Assembly (NCBI GenBank): GCA_002269645.1
Contig: NIVC01000038.1
Location: 930,001 to 994,000, forward strand
Direction of reading: 5' to 3'
From: Macrostomum lignano
Lineage: Eukaryota
Length of the DNA: 64,000 nt
A program made the translations under genes and the position numbers. Within the stretch, counting starts at the first letter, position 1. The number at the start of each line of letters is the position of its first letter. The notes under the pieces were generated by a model. The model had not been told where the DNA came from and did not search any database. It worked only from the letters and a program-made list of their open reading frames with translations. Of the stretch, positions 46,101 to 58,046 are shown in pieces.

Positions 46101-49100
46101 CGAGTTTTTGTAATTCACAAAGAAACACGCAAACAAATAATTAACTAAGATTAGAAAACCAGTTTCAACTGAAGCGATGGGTGAAATAAGGAAAAATGCG
46201 TTTTGTTATATGCAGCTCGCTTTGATGACTGTTTGAAATTTGAATTCCCGCGCTAAACCCGTTGCCATGGTGATCAGTCTGATCTCCGTATTCTAGTTGC
46301 TAAGGCTGGTTAATTAGAAAATATATCAGCGGCACAAATTGTTAATCAGCTACCAAAGACGCGCGGATAAATTAAATATTTTATAGCAAGAATTTGTGAG
46401 GCTTTGGTGATATTTAAATAAAATATTTGTTTAAGCTACCAGTTAAGAAGTTCAAATTATTGGGATCACAGCTATCGCTTTCTAGTTTCATAGAAAAAAA
46501 TTACTCTGTCACTGCGGTGACAGCTGCTCCTCGGCCGCTGGACTCCCTTCGAGTGACAGACAGGCTGCCCTCGGGGCTCAAGTCTGCCGCCGAATTCCGG
46601 CCCGTGTCACGTGGCGCCCTTGATGGCGGGCAGGTGTTTGTTTGGGAAATTTGACACACTGTGTACTTTGGAAAGCGAAAAAAACTAGATTTTAACTTCA
46701 TCGTGCTGCGGCAGGTTGCAAGCTGAATCATAGAACAAGTACATATTGATGAGCGCGAAACGTCAATATCTTTTAATACATTCACCGAAAGTATGCCATC
46801 AATGCGTAACACAAAGTTAGCACGAATGCTAGCCCCTCTCTTCTCTCCTTTCTTCCCACCTCTCTTATACCCTCCCCGTACCCTCTTATACACCCTCTCT
46901 TCTACCCTCAACCCTCTCTTCTACCCCCTTCTCTTCTACCCCTTCTCTTCTACCCCTTCTCTTCTACCCCTTCTCTTCTACCCCCTTCTCTTCTACCCCC
47001 TTCTCTTCTACCCCCTTCTCTTCTACCCCCTTGCTCTTCTAACCCCTTGCTCTTCTACCCTCTTCTCTTCCACCCCCTTCTCTTTTATCCCCCTTCTCAT
47101 CTACCTTCTCGTTTTATAAGCATTTTCTTCGACTCTACATTTCTTTCACCCTCTGTGGACCCTCTCTCCAACCACAGCTCCTCCAGCTTTCACAGCATAT
47201 CGCCAAAATTCTCATAACTTATTTCCTAACTAATTAGCTTGGCGGTTCACTTTTTTATAATTAATAATTACTGATGATGATAAAATCGATGACCTCAGCA
47301 GCTTCATACCCAGTTGGAAGTCACATAAAATTACCAGAAAAAGATGCTTTTATAATGCCACATCTGTATGATGCCCATCCCACATTCTTCTGAGACCGAA
47401 ATTCAATGAATTACTGCTAGGCTTTGATGCAGGCAACCCTTAGAAACATCCATAATGAAATGAAGGCTGATTTACAGGAGAACCAAGTCAGGTTACGGGC
47501 TGCTGTGCCAAACTAGCATGCTAGAGAACTGCTCCACTTACTGACTGGGTATCGATTTAGTGATACTGCCTGAGCTCATCCTTTTTGCATTGTGTCTGTC
47601 TCAGTGTCTCAGTGTCTCACAGTCTGTCTCGGTGTCTGTCCCAGTGTCTCAGTGTCTCACAGTCTGTCTCAGTGTCTGTCCCAGTGTCTCAGTGTCTCAC
47701 AGTCTGTCTCAGTGTCTGTCCCAGTGTCTCAGTGTCTCACAGTCTGTCTCAGTGTCTGTCCCAGTGTATCAGTGTCTCAGTGTCTGTCTCAGTGTCTGTC
47801 TCAGTGTCTGTCTCAGTGTCTGTCTTAGTGTCTGTCTCAGTGCATCAGTGTCTCAGTGTCTGTCTCAGTGTCTGTCTCGTGTCTGTCTCGTGTCTGTCCC
47901 AGTGCATCAGTGTCTCAGTGTCTGTCTTAGTGTCTGTCTCAGTGTCTGTCTCGTGTCTGTCCCAGTGCATCAGTGTCTCAGTGTCTGTCTCAGTGTCTGT
48001 CTCGTGTCTGTCCCAGTGCATCAGTGTCTCAGTGTCTGTCTCAGTGTCTGTCTCAGTGTCTGTCTCAGTGTCTGTCTCGTGTCTGTCCCAGTGCATCAGT
48101 GTCTCAGTGTCTGTCTCAGTGTCTGTCTCGTGTCTGTCTCGTGTCTGTCCCAGTGCCTGTCCCAGTGCCTGTCCCAGTGCCTGTCCCAGTGCCTGTCCCA
48201 GTGCCTGTCCCAGTGCCTGTCCCAGTGCCTGTCCCAGTGCCTGTAAATGTCGATATTGTCGCAACCATACCAGGTAATTCTGTTGAATTATTTATTAAAA
48301 AAAACAATTAGTAGGCACAGATAATTCCAGTCTCACCTGGTCTCATCAAGGTAGACAGACTCCAGCACCTGAGCGGCATAAGTCAAATTCTTGATGAGTG
48401 CATCTTTTGATATCCCGTCGCTTGCAACCAGTTTAGCAATTTTTCTTAGCCTGAAAATTTGCAGAAACGGAGCTTTGTTATAATCGAATTGCAAAAATAA
48501 AATTTTTAAATATCAATCAAAAATAACAAATGCTTCGCCAACCCGCCCCAGCCTCATGCTCCAATCTCCATCTAATTTCCTGTTATGCATGGATTATCAT
48601 CCTTCCACCATCATACAGACTTTAGAATCCGCCTCAGATTAGCCTTGGAGAGTCACTCTCGCTAAGATCACTAATAAGGCTGTCAGCCTGACGGGCGGGA
48701 GGCTGGGCAGGAAGGCAGGGAGATTAGCGGGATGCAAGCCAGTCTTCAAACTTTCTTAGCTACGAAGAATTAATAGTCACTTGGGTTGGGAGCTTGTCAA
48801 GGAGTCCCACAGCCAGAACTTGTGGTCTCTCTCACTCACGAACTCACGAACTCACGAACTCACGAACTCACGAACTCACGAACTCACGAACTCACAAACT
48901 CACGAACTCACGAACTCACAAACTCACAAACTCACAAACTCACGAACTCACGAACTCACAAACTCACAAACTCACAAACTCACAAACTCACAAACTCACA
49001 AACTCACAAACTCACAAACTCACGAACTCACGAACTCACAAACTCACGAACTCACAAACTCACACTCTCATAAATTTGTGCATTAAAATGAAGTTGTCTG

Positions 49101-52100
49101 AAGCCCGCTTGTTAATCCAGGTTTTGCTTCTACTAACTCAGTGTGGTCTCCTTGGTCATACAGGACAGGCCACAGGGGATTGGCACTTTAAAAAAAGCTC
49201 CAGATGCGACTGCCCGGCAGGGGGTCATCAAACTGATCCCCGAGGCCGTCAAACTTGATCCTGATCAGCCGTGTATAGAAAGTTAGACCGACAAAATGGT
49301 CACAGGCAGAAAACGAAGGAGTTCGAGAGCTTCCCAGCGGGATAGGGGAGGCTCTTAATCGAGCCGATAGGCAGATCTACTTGACATTTTGTGATAGCGA
49401 CTGCCTCGCCTTGATTTGGACTTATTTGATCATCAGTTGAGGTGCAGCCACTTGCTCAATAGTTTATCAATTGGCCCCTGATGAGCCGCTTAACTATGCA
49501 GCTCTTTACTGCTCTGTCTTTATTCCTGTCTCTCTCCTGTCTGCCTTCCTGTCTCTCACTTCCTGTCTGTCTGACTGTCTCTCTCCTGTCTGCCTTCCTG
49601 TCTCTCACTTCCTGTCTGTCTGACTGTCTCTCTCTTGTCTGCCTTCCTGTCTCTCACTTCCTGTCTGTCTGACTGTCTCTCTCCTGTCTGCCTTCCTGTC
49701 TCTCACTTCCTGTCTGTCTGACTGTCTCTCTCTTGTCTGCCTTCCCGTCTCTCACTTCCTGTCTGTCTGACTGTCTCTCTCTTGTCTGCCTTCCTGTCTC
49801 TCACTTCCTGTCTGTCTGACTGTCTCTCTCCTTGTCTGCCTTCCTGTCTCTCACTTCCTGTCTGTCTTCATGTCTGTCTTTCTGTCTGTCTTCCTGTCTG
49901 TCTTCCTATCTGACTTCCTGTCTGTCTTCATGTTCGTCTTCCTGTCTGTCATCATGTCCGTCTTTCTGTCTGTCTTTCTGTCTGTCTTCATTTCCGTCTT
50001 CCTGTCTGTCTTCCTGTCTGTCTTCATGTTCGTCTTCCTGTCTGTCATCATGTCTACCTTCCTGTCTCTCTCCTTGTCTACCTTCCTGTCTGTCTCCCTG
50101 TCTGTCTGATTGTCTGTCTTTCTGTCTGTCTTCCGTCTCTCTTGACTGTCTATCTTCCCTTCTCTCTTCCTGTCTCTCTGTCTCTTTCTCTGTCTCTCCG
50201 TTTCTCCTCGTCTTTGAGTCTCCCCGCCAATCATGTTGCTTGACCTTAAAAATATTTTGTAATCAACTTTAATCCACCTATCTGCAGATTGTAAGGCCAT
50301 AAAAATCCCAGGATCACACTGTTGGGAATCTGCACTTCAGCTGAAATGCACTCAAGTTTATTTTTCAGCTTGCGGAGAGAGAGATGGCACCGTGTATGAA
50401 TCTAATGGAAAAATAATTAAGCCGCAATAAAATAAAAAAGTTTGTTGAGCTCACCGAATCGAGCAGGAGTAGCTGGCCTCGGCTTCGCCAGGGGCGGGCA
50501 TCCTGTCCGGGTCCAGGTCTGGGTCCGAGCTTATGGCGGCCTCCGCCTGCGGAACACTCCGGTTCAAAGCTCGGTTCGGGCTCGCGAAGTCAGCCTCTGA
50601 AGGTGTGAGGTGTTGGACTGCGTCAGTCAGTCAGTCAGTCAGTCAGTCAGTCAGTCAGTCAGTCAGTCAGTCAGTCAGTCAGTCAGTCAGTCAGTCAGTC
50701 AGTCAGTCAGTCAGTCAGTCAGTCAGTCAGTCAGTCAGTCAGTCAGTCAGTCAGTCAGTCAGTCAGTCAGTCAGTCAGTCAGTCAGTCAGTCAGTCAGTC
50801 AGTCAGTCAGTCAGTCAGTCAGTCAGTCAGTCAGTCAGTCAGTCAGTCAGTCAGTCAGTCAGTCAGTCAGTCAGTCAGTCAGTCAGTCAGTCAGTCAGTC
50901 AGTCAGTCAGTCAGTCAGTCAGTCAGTCAGTCAGTCAGTCAGTCAGTCAGTCAGTCAGTCAGTCAGTCAGTCAGTCAGTCAGTCAGTCAGTCAGTCAGTC
51001 AGTCAGTCAGTCAGTCAGTCAGTCAGTCAGTCAGTCAGTCAGTCAGTCAGTCAGTCAGTCAGTCAGTCAGTCAGTCAGTCAGTCAGTCAGTCAGTCAGTC
51101 AGTCAGTCAGTCAGTCAGTCAGTCAGTCAGTCAGTCAGTCAGTCAGTCAGTCAGTCAGTCAGTCAGTCAGTCAGTCAGTCAGTCAGTCAGTCAGTCAGTC
51201 AGTCAGTCAGTCAGTCAGTCAGTCAGTCAGTCAGTCAGTCAGTCAGTCGACCTCAGTCTGCACAAAAATACGAATAAAATCTATCCCTAATTCCTTTAGA
51301 CCTCACTCAGCTATCCCACATCCCGCAACCCTCCTCATCGCGTTTTTTCAGCTTCATCGGGCGCGGGACGCTTGTCTCCTCAGAGCAAAGTAGCTGATGC
51401 TATCTGAATTATTAGATTTTCTAGCTGAGGAACTTCTCAGTTGGGGGATGCGAGGAAATGAGGGACTATGGATTTCGAATTGTTCCGATGGTGGGCTGCC
51501 CTATGTGCCTGCACTTTTACTGCCCGGGGTAAACAGCTAAGTTTTTGGGAAAACTTGTGAGTCATTTTCTCGGCTATGGTGTCCACGGGTGTATGTCTTT
51601 GTTCTAAAGTGTGTCTTTGGTCTAGTGTGTGTGTGTGATTGGTCTAAAGTGTGTGTGTTTGGTCTAAAGTGTGTGTCTTTAGTCTAAAATGTGTCTTTGG
51701 CCTAAAGTGTCTGTAGTCTAAAGTGCGTGTCTTTGGTCTAAAGTGTGTGTCTTTAGTCTAAAGTGTGTGTCTTTAGTCTAAAGTGCGTGTCTTTATTCTA
51801 AAGTGTGCCTTTGGTCTAAAGTGTGCCTTTGGTCTAAAGTGTGCCTTTGGTCTAAAGTGTGTCTTCTTGGTGTAAGTTTCTTTAGTCTAAAGTGTGTCTT
51901 TGTCTAAAGTGTGTCTTGTTGGTCTAAAGTATATCTTTAGTCTAAAGTGTGCCTTTGGTCTAAAGTGTGCCATTTGTCTAAAATGTATGTCTTCGGTCTA
52001 AAGTGTGTCTTTGGTCTAAAGTGCGTGTCTTTGGTCTAAAGTGCGTGTCTTTGGTCTAAAGTGCGTTTCTTTGGTCTAAAGTGCGTGTCTTTGGTCTAAA

Positions 52101-55100
52101 GTGCGTGTCTTTGGTCTAAAGTGCGTGTCTTTGGTCTAAAGTGCGTGTCTTTGGTCTAAAGTGCGTGTCTTTGGTCTAAAGTGCGTGTCTTTGGTCTAAA
52201 GTGCGTGTCTTTGGTCTAAAGTGCGTGTCTTTGGTCTAAAGTGCGTGTCTTTGGTCTAAAGTGCGTGTCTTTGGTCTAAAGTGTGTGTCTTTGGTCTAAA
52301 GTGTGTGTTTTTGGTCTAAAGTGCGTGTCTTTGGTCTAAAGTGTGTGTCTTTGGTCTAAAGTGTGTGTTTTTGGTCTAAAGTGCGTCTTTGGTTTAAAGT
52401 GTGTGTCTTTGGTCTAAAGTGTGTGTTTTTGGTCTAAAGTGCGTCTTTGGTTTAAAGTGTGTGTCTTTGGTCTAAAGTGTGCCTTTGGTCTAAAGTGTGC
52501 CATTTGTCTAAAATGTATGTCTTCGGTCTAAAGTGCGTGTCTTTGGTCTAAAGTGCGTGTCTTTGGTCTAAAGTGTGTGTCTTTGGTCTAAAGTGCGTGT
52601 CTTTGGTCTAAAGTGTGTGTCTTTGGTCTAAAGTGCGTGTCTTTGGTCTAAAGTGCGTGTCTTTGGTCTAAAGTGCGTGTCTTTGGTCTAAAGTGCGTGT
52701 CTTTGGTCTAAAGTGTGTCTTTGGTCTAAAGTGCGTGTCTTTGGTCTAAAGTGCGTCTTTGGTTTAAAGTGTGTGTCTTTGGTCTAAAGTGTGTCTTTGG
52801 TCTAAAGTGTGTTTTGGTTTATAGTGTGTCTTCTTGGTCTAAAGTGTATTTACGCTCTAAAATGTGTCTTTGGCTTAAAGTTTGTGTTTTTGGTCCAAGT
52901 GTGTTAGTAGTGTATAACGTGCCTTTCGTTCACCAAAGTAAGTATCTAATCTAGAAGTGTGTCGAGCGAGGTTAATCAATTGAATTCCAGCAGTTTTGAG
53001 CCGAATTCTGACAGGATCAGTGAGATACCGGAGAGTGCAGACCAAGCAAAGAGCATTGAAAATCGAAAACCTATATTGTTGCCAATGCGGGTCTACTCAC
53101 ATTCTTAAAGTTGACTCGTGAAATGCTGATCTCAAAAAAAATCCAGAACATATCCAGTCGAACTTTGAGTTGAGTGTTTTGATTTTTGTGTGTACTGTTC
53201 GATGAATCGAACACTTCTTGCTTGAGTTTGGTGGAGGGTTTTTCTAGCAAAAAATCACATCTCTAGGATGAGGCCGGTGCAGTATCTGTTTTAAGCTACA
53301 CCCGTTCCTCGTCACAACCAATACCGAAAGCAAACCAATGGGAAGCCGTTCAATGGGAGTTTTTTCTGGGACACTTCCTGTTTGACTGATTCATAACAAA
53401 AACAAATAATGAAATAGCTAATGAAGAATAAATAGAAATAATTAGAACTACAAAATAGTTATTTTGTAGCATACTTAACCCAGAATATTTAAGCGGCAGT
53501 GAAGTTCCTTGAAACTCTTATTAAAAGACAGAATTCCAAGAAAAAATTTTTGAAGGATCACAGACATTCCTGGAAATATTTTATTGAAGGGCCACAGTCA
53601 TTCCTGGAAAGACATTTTTGAACTGCCACAGTCATTCCTGGAAAGACATTTTTGAAACATTCCTGGAAAGGCATTTTTGAAGGGCCGCAGACATTCCTGG
53701 AAACATTTTATTGAATGGCCGCAGACATTCCTGGAAAGGCATTTTTGAAGGGCCACAGACATTCCTGGAAAGGCATTTTTGAAGGGCCGCAGACATTCCT
53801 GGAAAGGCCTTTTTGAAGACCGCAGACATTCCTGGAAAGGCCTTTTTAGAAGGGCCGCAGACATTCCTAGAGACCAGAATATTTTAGCGACTGTTGTGGA
53901 TAATCAGTGATTTCACAGCCATGAATTTTTTTTAAAAATCTAAAAATTTTAAGGTCATTGAAATTCCCGGAAGCACCACGGACGTTCCAGAAAAGCACAT
54001 TTCTACAAAACATTTTGACTGAGCACATATTAGTTGGATGAAGTATATAAAAAAGCAAAAAAATGCGTCAGTTAGATTGATAAAAGGGCCATGCATTTTT
54101 TCTGTACTGACCTTATCAACCTCGATGTTAAAGGGGTTGACAGCCGAAAATATATTTAATATTTCTCCGATTTTCGGGACAGAAAATCGAAACGTTTGTA
54201 GCGATCCCGGTCTGGTTAGCTTCGGGCTGTTTCGAAAAATCGATATTTTTACAAAATTAAACATCGAGTTCTTTACTTATAGTAGACACACACAAATCTA
54301 GGACATTGTTATCTAAATTGTTATTTACAAAATTATTTTTTTCATTTATCGATAAAATGGAAACCTTTGCAGGATAAAATTAATGACCCTTCAATAAATG
54401 GCCCTTCAATAAAAAAATTAATTATTTTTATCAAACAATTTGACTTTTGAACACATAAAAGCGCATAAAATCGCAAAAGTGCTCACTTGCCGACTCAACC
54501 AGAATTTGAGGTCTGTGACATCTCGCATTCTCATCCATGGCTCAATCAGAAATATCCTTCCTTTGAGCTTGCTGTTTGAGTTTTAACAGATAGTCAAGAC
54601 TTTACTTTTCTGTCAAAAATTGCAACCTCTCTGCATAGCAACGAATACAGTGATAAATACACTGCACTGTCTCAACTGCTTGGATCTAAAAATGCACCAA
54701 TGGCAGGGCAGGGATCTGCTTGGGTTAGCGATCGGCCAATGGCTGCCTCAGTTTCGTTACATTCGTTCTTCACTTCACTTGCATGTGGGGATGAAGTGTG
54801 CAGAGAGGCGGCGGATGAACCATTCAAAGGTGGAGATGGGGGCGGGGAGGACGGAGAGCAAGGCTGAGGACGAGAATAGGAGACATTGCGGAGGAGTAGA
54901 CGAGAGGGAGATGGCAGCAGCGAGAGGAGAGAGATGGCAGAAGAGAGAGGAGAGAGATGGCAGAAGAGAGAGGAGAGAGATGGCAGCAGAGAGGAGAGAG
55001 ATGGCAGAAGAGAGAGGAGAGAGATGGCAGAAGAGAGAGGAGAGAGATGGCAGCAGAGAGGAGAGAGATGGCAGAAGAGAGAGGAGAGAGATGGCAGAAG

Positions 55101-57978
55101 AGAGAGGAGAGAGATGGCAGCAGAGAGGAGAGAGATGGCAGAAGAGAGAGGAGAGAGATGGCAGAAGAGAGAGGAGAGAGATGGCAGCAGAGAGGAGAGA
55201 GATGGCAGAAGAGAGAGGAGAGAGATGGCAGCAGAGAGGAGAGAGATGGCAGCAGAGAGTAGAGAGATGGCAGCAGCGAGAGGAGAGAGATGGCAGAAGA
55301 GAGAGGAGAGAGATGGCAGAAGAGAGAGGAGAGAGATGACAGCAGAGAGAGGTGAGAGATGGCAGCAGAGAGAGGAGAGATGACAGCAGAGAGAGGTGAG
55401 AGATGGCAGCAGAGAGAGGTGAGAGATGGCAGCAGAGAGAGGTGAGAGATGGCGGCAGAGAGAGGTGAGAGATGGCAGCAGAGAGAGGTGAGAGATGGCA
55501 GCAGAGAGAGGTGAGATGACAGCAGAGAGAGGTGAGATGGCAGCAGAGAGAGGAGAGATGGCAGAAGAGAGAGGTGAGATGGCAGCAGAGAGAGGAGAGA
55601 GATGGCAGCAGAGAGAGGAGAGATGGCAGAAGAGAGAGGAGAGAGATGGCAGCAGAGAGAGTAGAGAGATGGCAGCAGAGAGAGTAGAGAGATGGAAGCA
55701 GAGAGAGGAGAGAGATGGCAGCAGAGAGAGGAGAGAGATGGCAGCAGAGAGAGGAGAGATGGCAGCAGAGAGGAGAGAGATGGCAGCAGAGAGGAGAGAG
55801 ATGGCAGCAGAGAGGAGAGAGATGGCAGCAGAGAGGAGAGAGATGGCAGCAGAGAGGAGAGAGATGGCAGCAGAGAGGAGAGAGATGGCAGCAGAGAGGA
55901 GAGAGATGGCAGCAGAGAGGAGAGAGATGGCAGCAGAGAGGAGAGAGATGGCAGCAGAGAGGAGAGAGATGGCAGCAGAGAGGAGAGAGATGGCAGCAGA
56001 GAGGAGAGAGATGGCAGCAGAGAGGAGAGAGATGGCAGCAGAGAGGAGAGAGATGGCAGCAGAGAGGAGAGAGATGGCAGAAGGGAGAGAAGAGACGACA
56101 AGAGTTTAGGGGCAGCAATAATGTATAAAAGGGATTTTCACTCGGCACAATCCTGCACACTTTTTCCCAGCCATCACAAATAAACTTGTAAGCTGAAAAA
56201 AATTGATTTTCGTTCAAAGCTGAGCCGGCAATCAGCGAGAATCCATCAAAGCAAGAGGCAAATCAAATGGTCAATTCGGAGCCGAATGAAAGATGGGAGA
56301 GAGAAAAGGAAAGAAAAAATAAATCTGAATGAATTTTGGCACCGGAGCGGCAGCACCCCAGTCAGCAGCTCTGGGAGGGTGCTGGGGAACTGGCGGTGCC
56401 CTACATTTCACTCCACATTTCATGGATTGCAATGTCTTAAAGCCTTATGTCGAGTGACGCGTGGAGAGAGAGGGGGCGAAGAGAGGGCGGAGGGCGGAGA
56501 GAGGGCGGATATGGGTGGAGGATTTCCGGAGAAAAGGGCGGAGAGAGGGGGCGGCGGAGAGAGGGGCGGAGAGAGATGGGCGGAGAGAGGGCGGAGAGAG
56601 GGCGGGGAAAGGGCGGAGAGAGGGGCGGAGAGAGGGCGGAGGAAGAGGGCGGAGCGAGGGTCGGAGAGAGATAGGTGGAGAGAGAGGCGAAGAGAGGGGC
56701 GAGAGAGGGGCGGAAAGAGGGGCGGAGAGAGGGGCGGAGAGAGGGGCGGAGAGAGGGGCGGAAAGAGGGGCGGAGAGAGGGGCGGAGAGGGGGCGGAGAC
56801 AGGGGCGGAGACAGGGGCGGAGAGAGGGGCGGAGAGAGGGGCGGAGAGAGATGGGCGGAGAGAGGGGCGGAGAGAGATGGGCGGAGAGAGAGGCGGAGAG
56901 AGGGGCGGAGAGAGAGGCGGAGAGAGGGGCGGAAAGAGGGGCGGAGAGAGGGGCGGAGAGAGGGGCGGAGAGATGGGCGGAGACAGGGGCGGAGAGAGGG
57001 GCGGAGAGAGGGGCGGAGAGAGGGGCGGAGAGAGGGGCGGAGAGAGGGGCGGAGAGAGGGGCGGAGAGAGGGGCGGAGAGAGGGCGGAGGAAGAGGGCGG
57101 AGCGAGGGTCGGAGAGAGATAGGTGGAGAGAGAGGCGAAGAGAGGGGCGAGAGAGGGGCGGAAAGAGGGGCGGAGAGAGGGGCGGAGAGAGGGGCGGAGA
57201 GAGGGGCGGAAAGAGGGGCGGAGAGAGGGGCGGAGAGGGGGCGGAGACAGGGGCGGAGAGAGGGGCGGAGAGAGGGGCGGAGACAGGGGCGGAGAGAGAT
57301 GGGCGGAGAGAGGGGCGGAGAGAGATGGGCGGAGAGAGAGGCGGAGAGAGGGGCGGAGAGAGGGGCGGAGAGAGGGGCGGAAAGAGGGGCGGAGAGAGGG
57401 GCGGAGAGAGGGGCGGAGAGATGGGCGGAGACAGGGGCGGAGAGAGGGGCGGAGAGAGGGGCGGAGAGAGGGGCGGAGAGAGGGGCGGAGAGAGGGGCGG
57501 AGAGAGGGGCGGAGAGAGGGGCGGAGACAGGGGCGGAGAGAGAGGCGGAAAGAGGGGCGAAGAGAGGGGCGGAGAGGGGGGCGGAGAGAGGGGCGGAGAG
57601 AGGGGCGAAGAAAGGGGCGGAGAGAGGGGCGGAGAGAGGGCGGAGAGAGGGGCGGAGAAAGGGGCGGAGAGAGGGGCGGAAAGAGGGGCGGAGAGAGAAG
57701 CGGAGAGAGGGGCGGAGAGAGGGGCGGAGAGAGGGCGGAGGGAGGGGCGGAGAGAGGGGCGGAGAGAGGGGGCGGCGGAGAGAGGGGCGGCTATAGCAGA
57801 TAAAGGGATGCGAATAACACTGGAGCAGGCATAAAGAGGATTGAGTTTGTTAGGCGGCAGCGCATTCTGCAGGTATAAAAACGGGCAGGTAAAAAGCCCG
57901 CCTAAACAACAGGCAGTGAATGCTTTCTGTTCTAGCAAGCAGACAGCGGATTAAAAGACAGAAAATAATATTTTTTTC

Positions 57979-58046
<68 letters not shown>

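Noticed and set aside
46501-46680. GC-rich patch as an extra PDE1 exon
   Set aside because: There is no convincing acceptor/donor pair or ATG in a compatible phase, and the flanking exons already join in frame.
53880-54500. AT-rich ORFs as a transposase or THAP remnant
   Set aside because: No recognisable motif or terminal repeats could be confirmed by eye.
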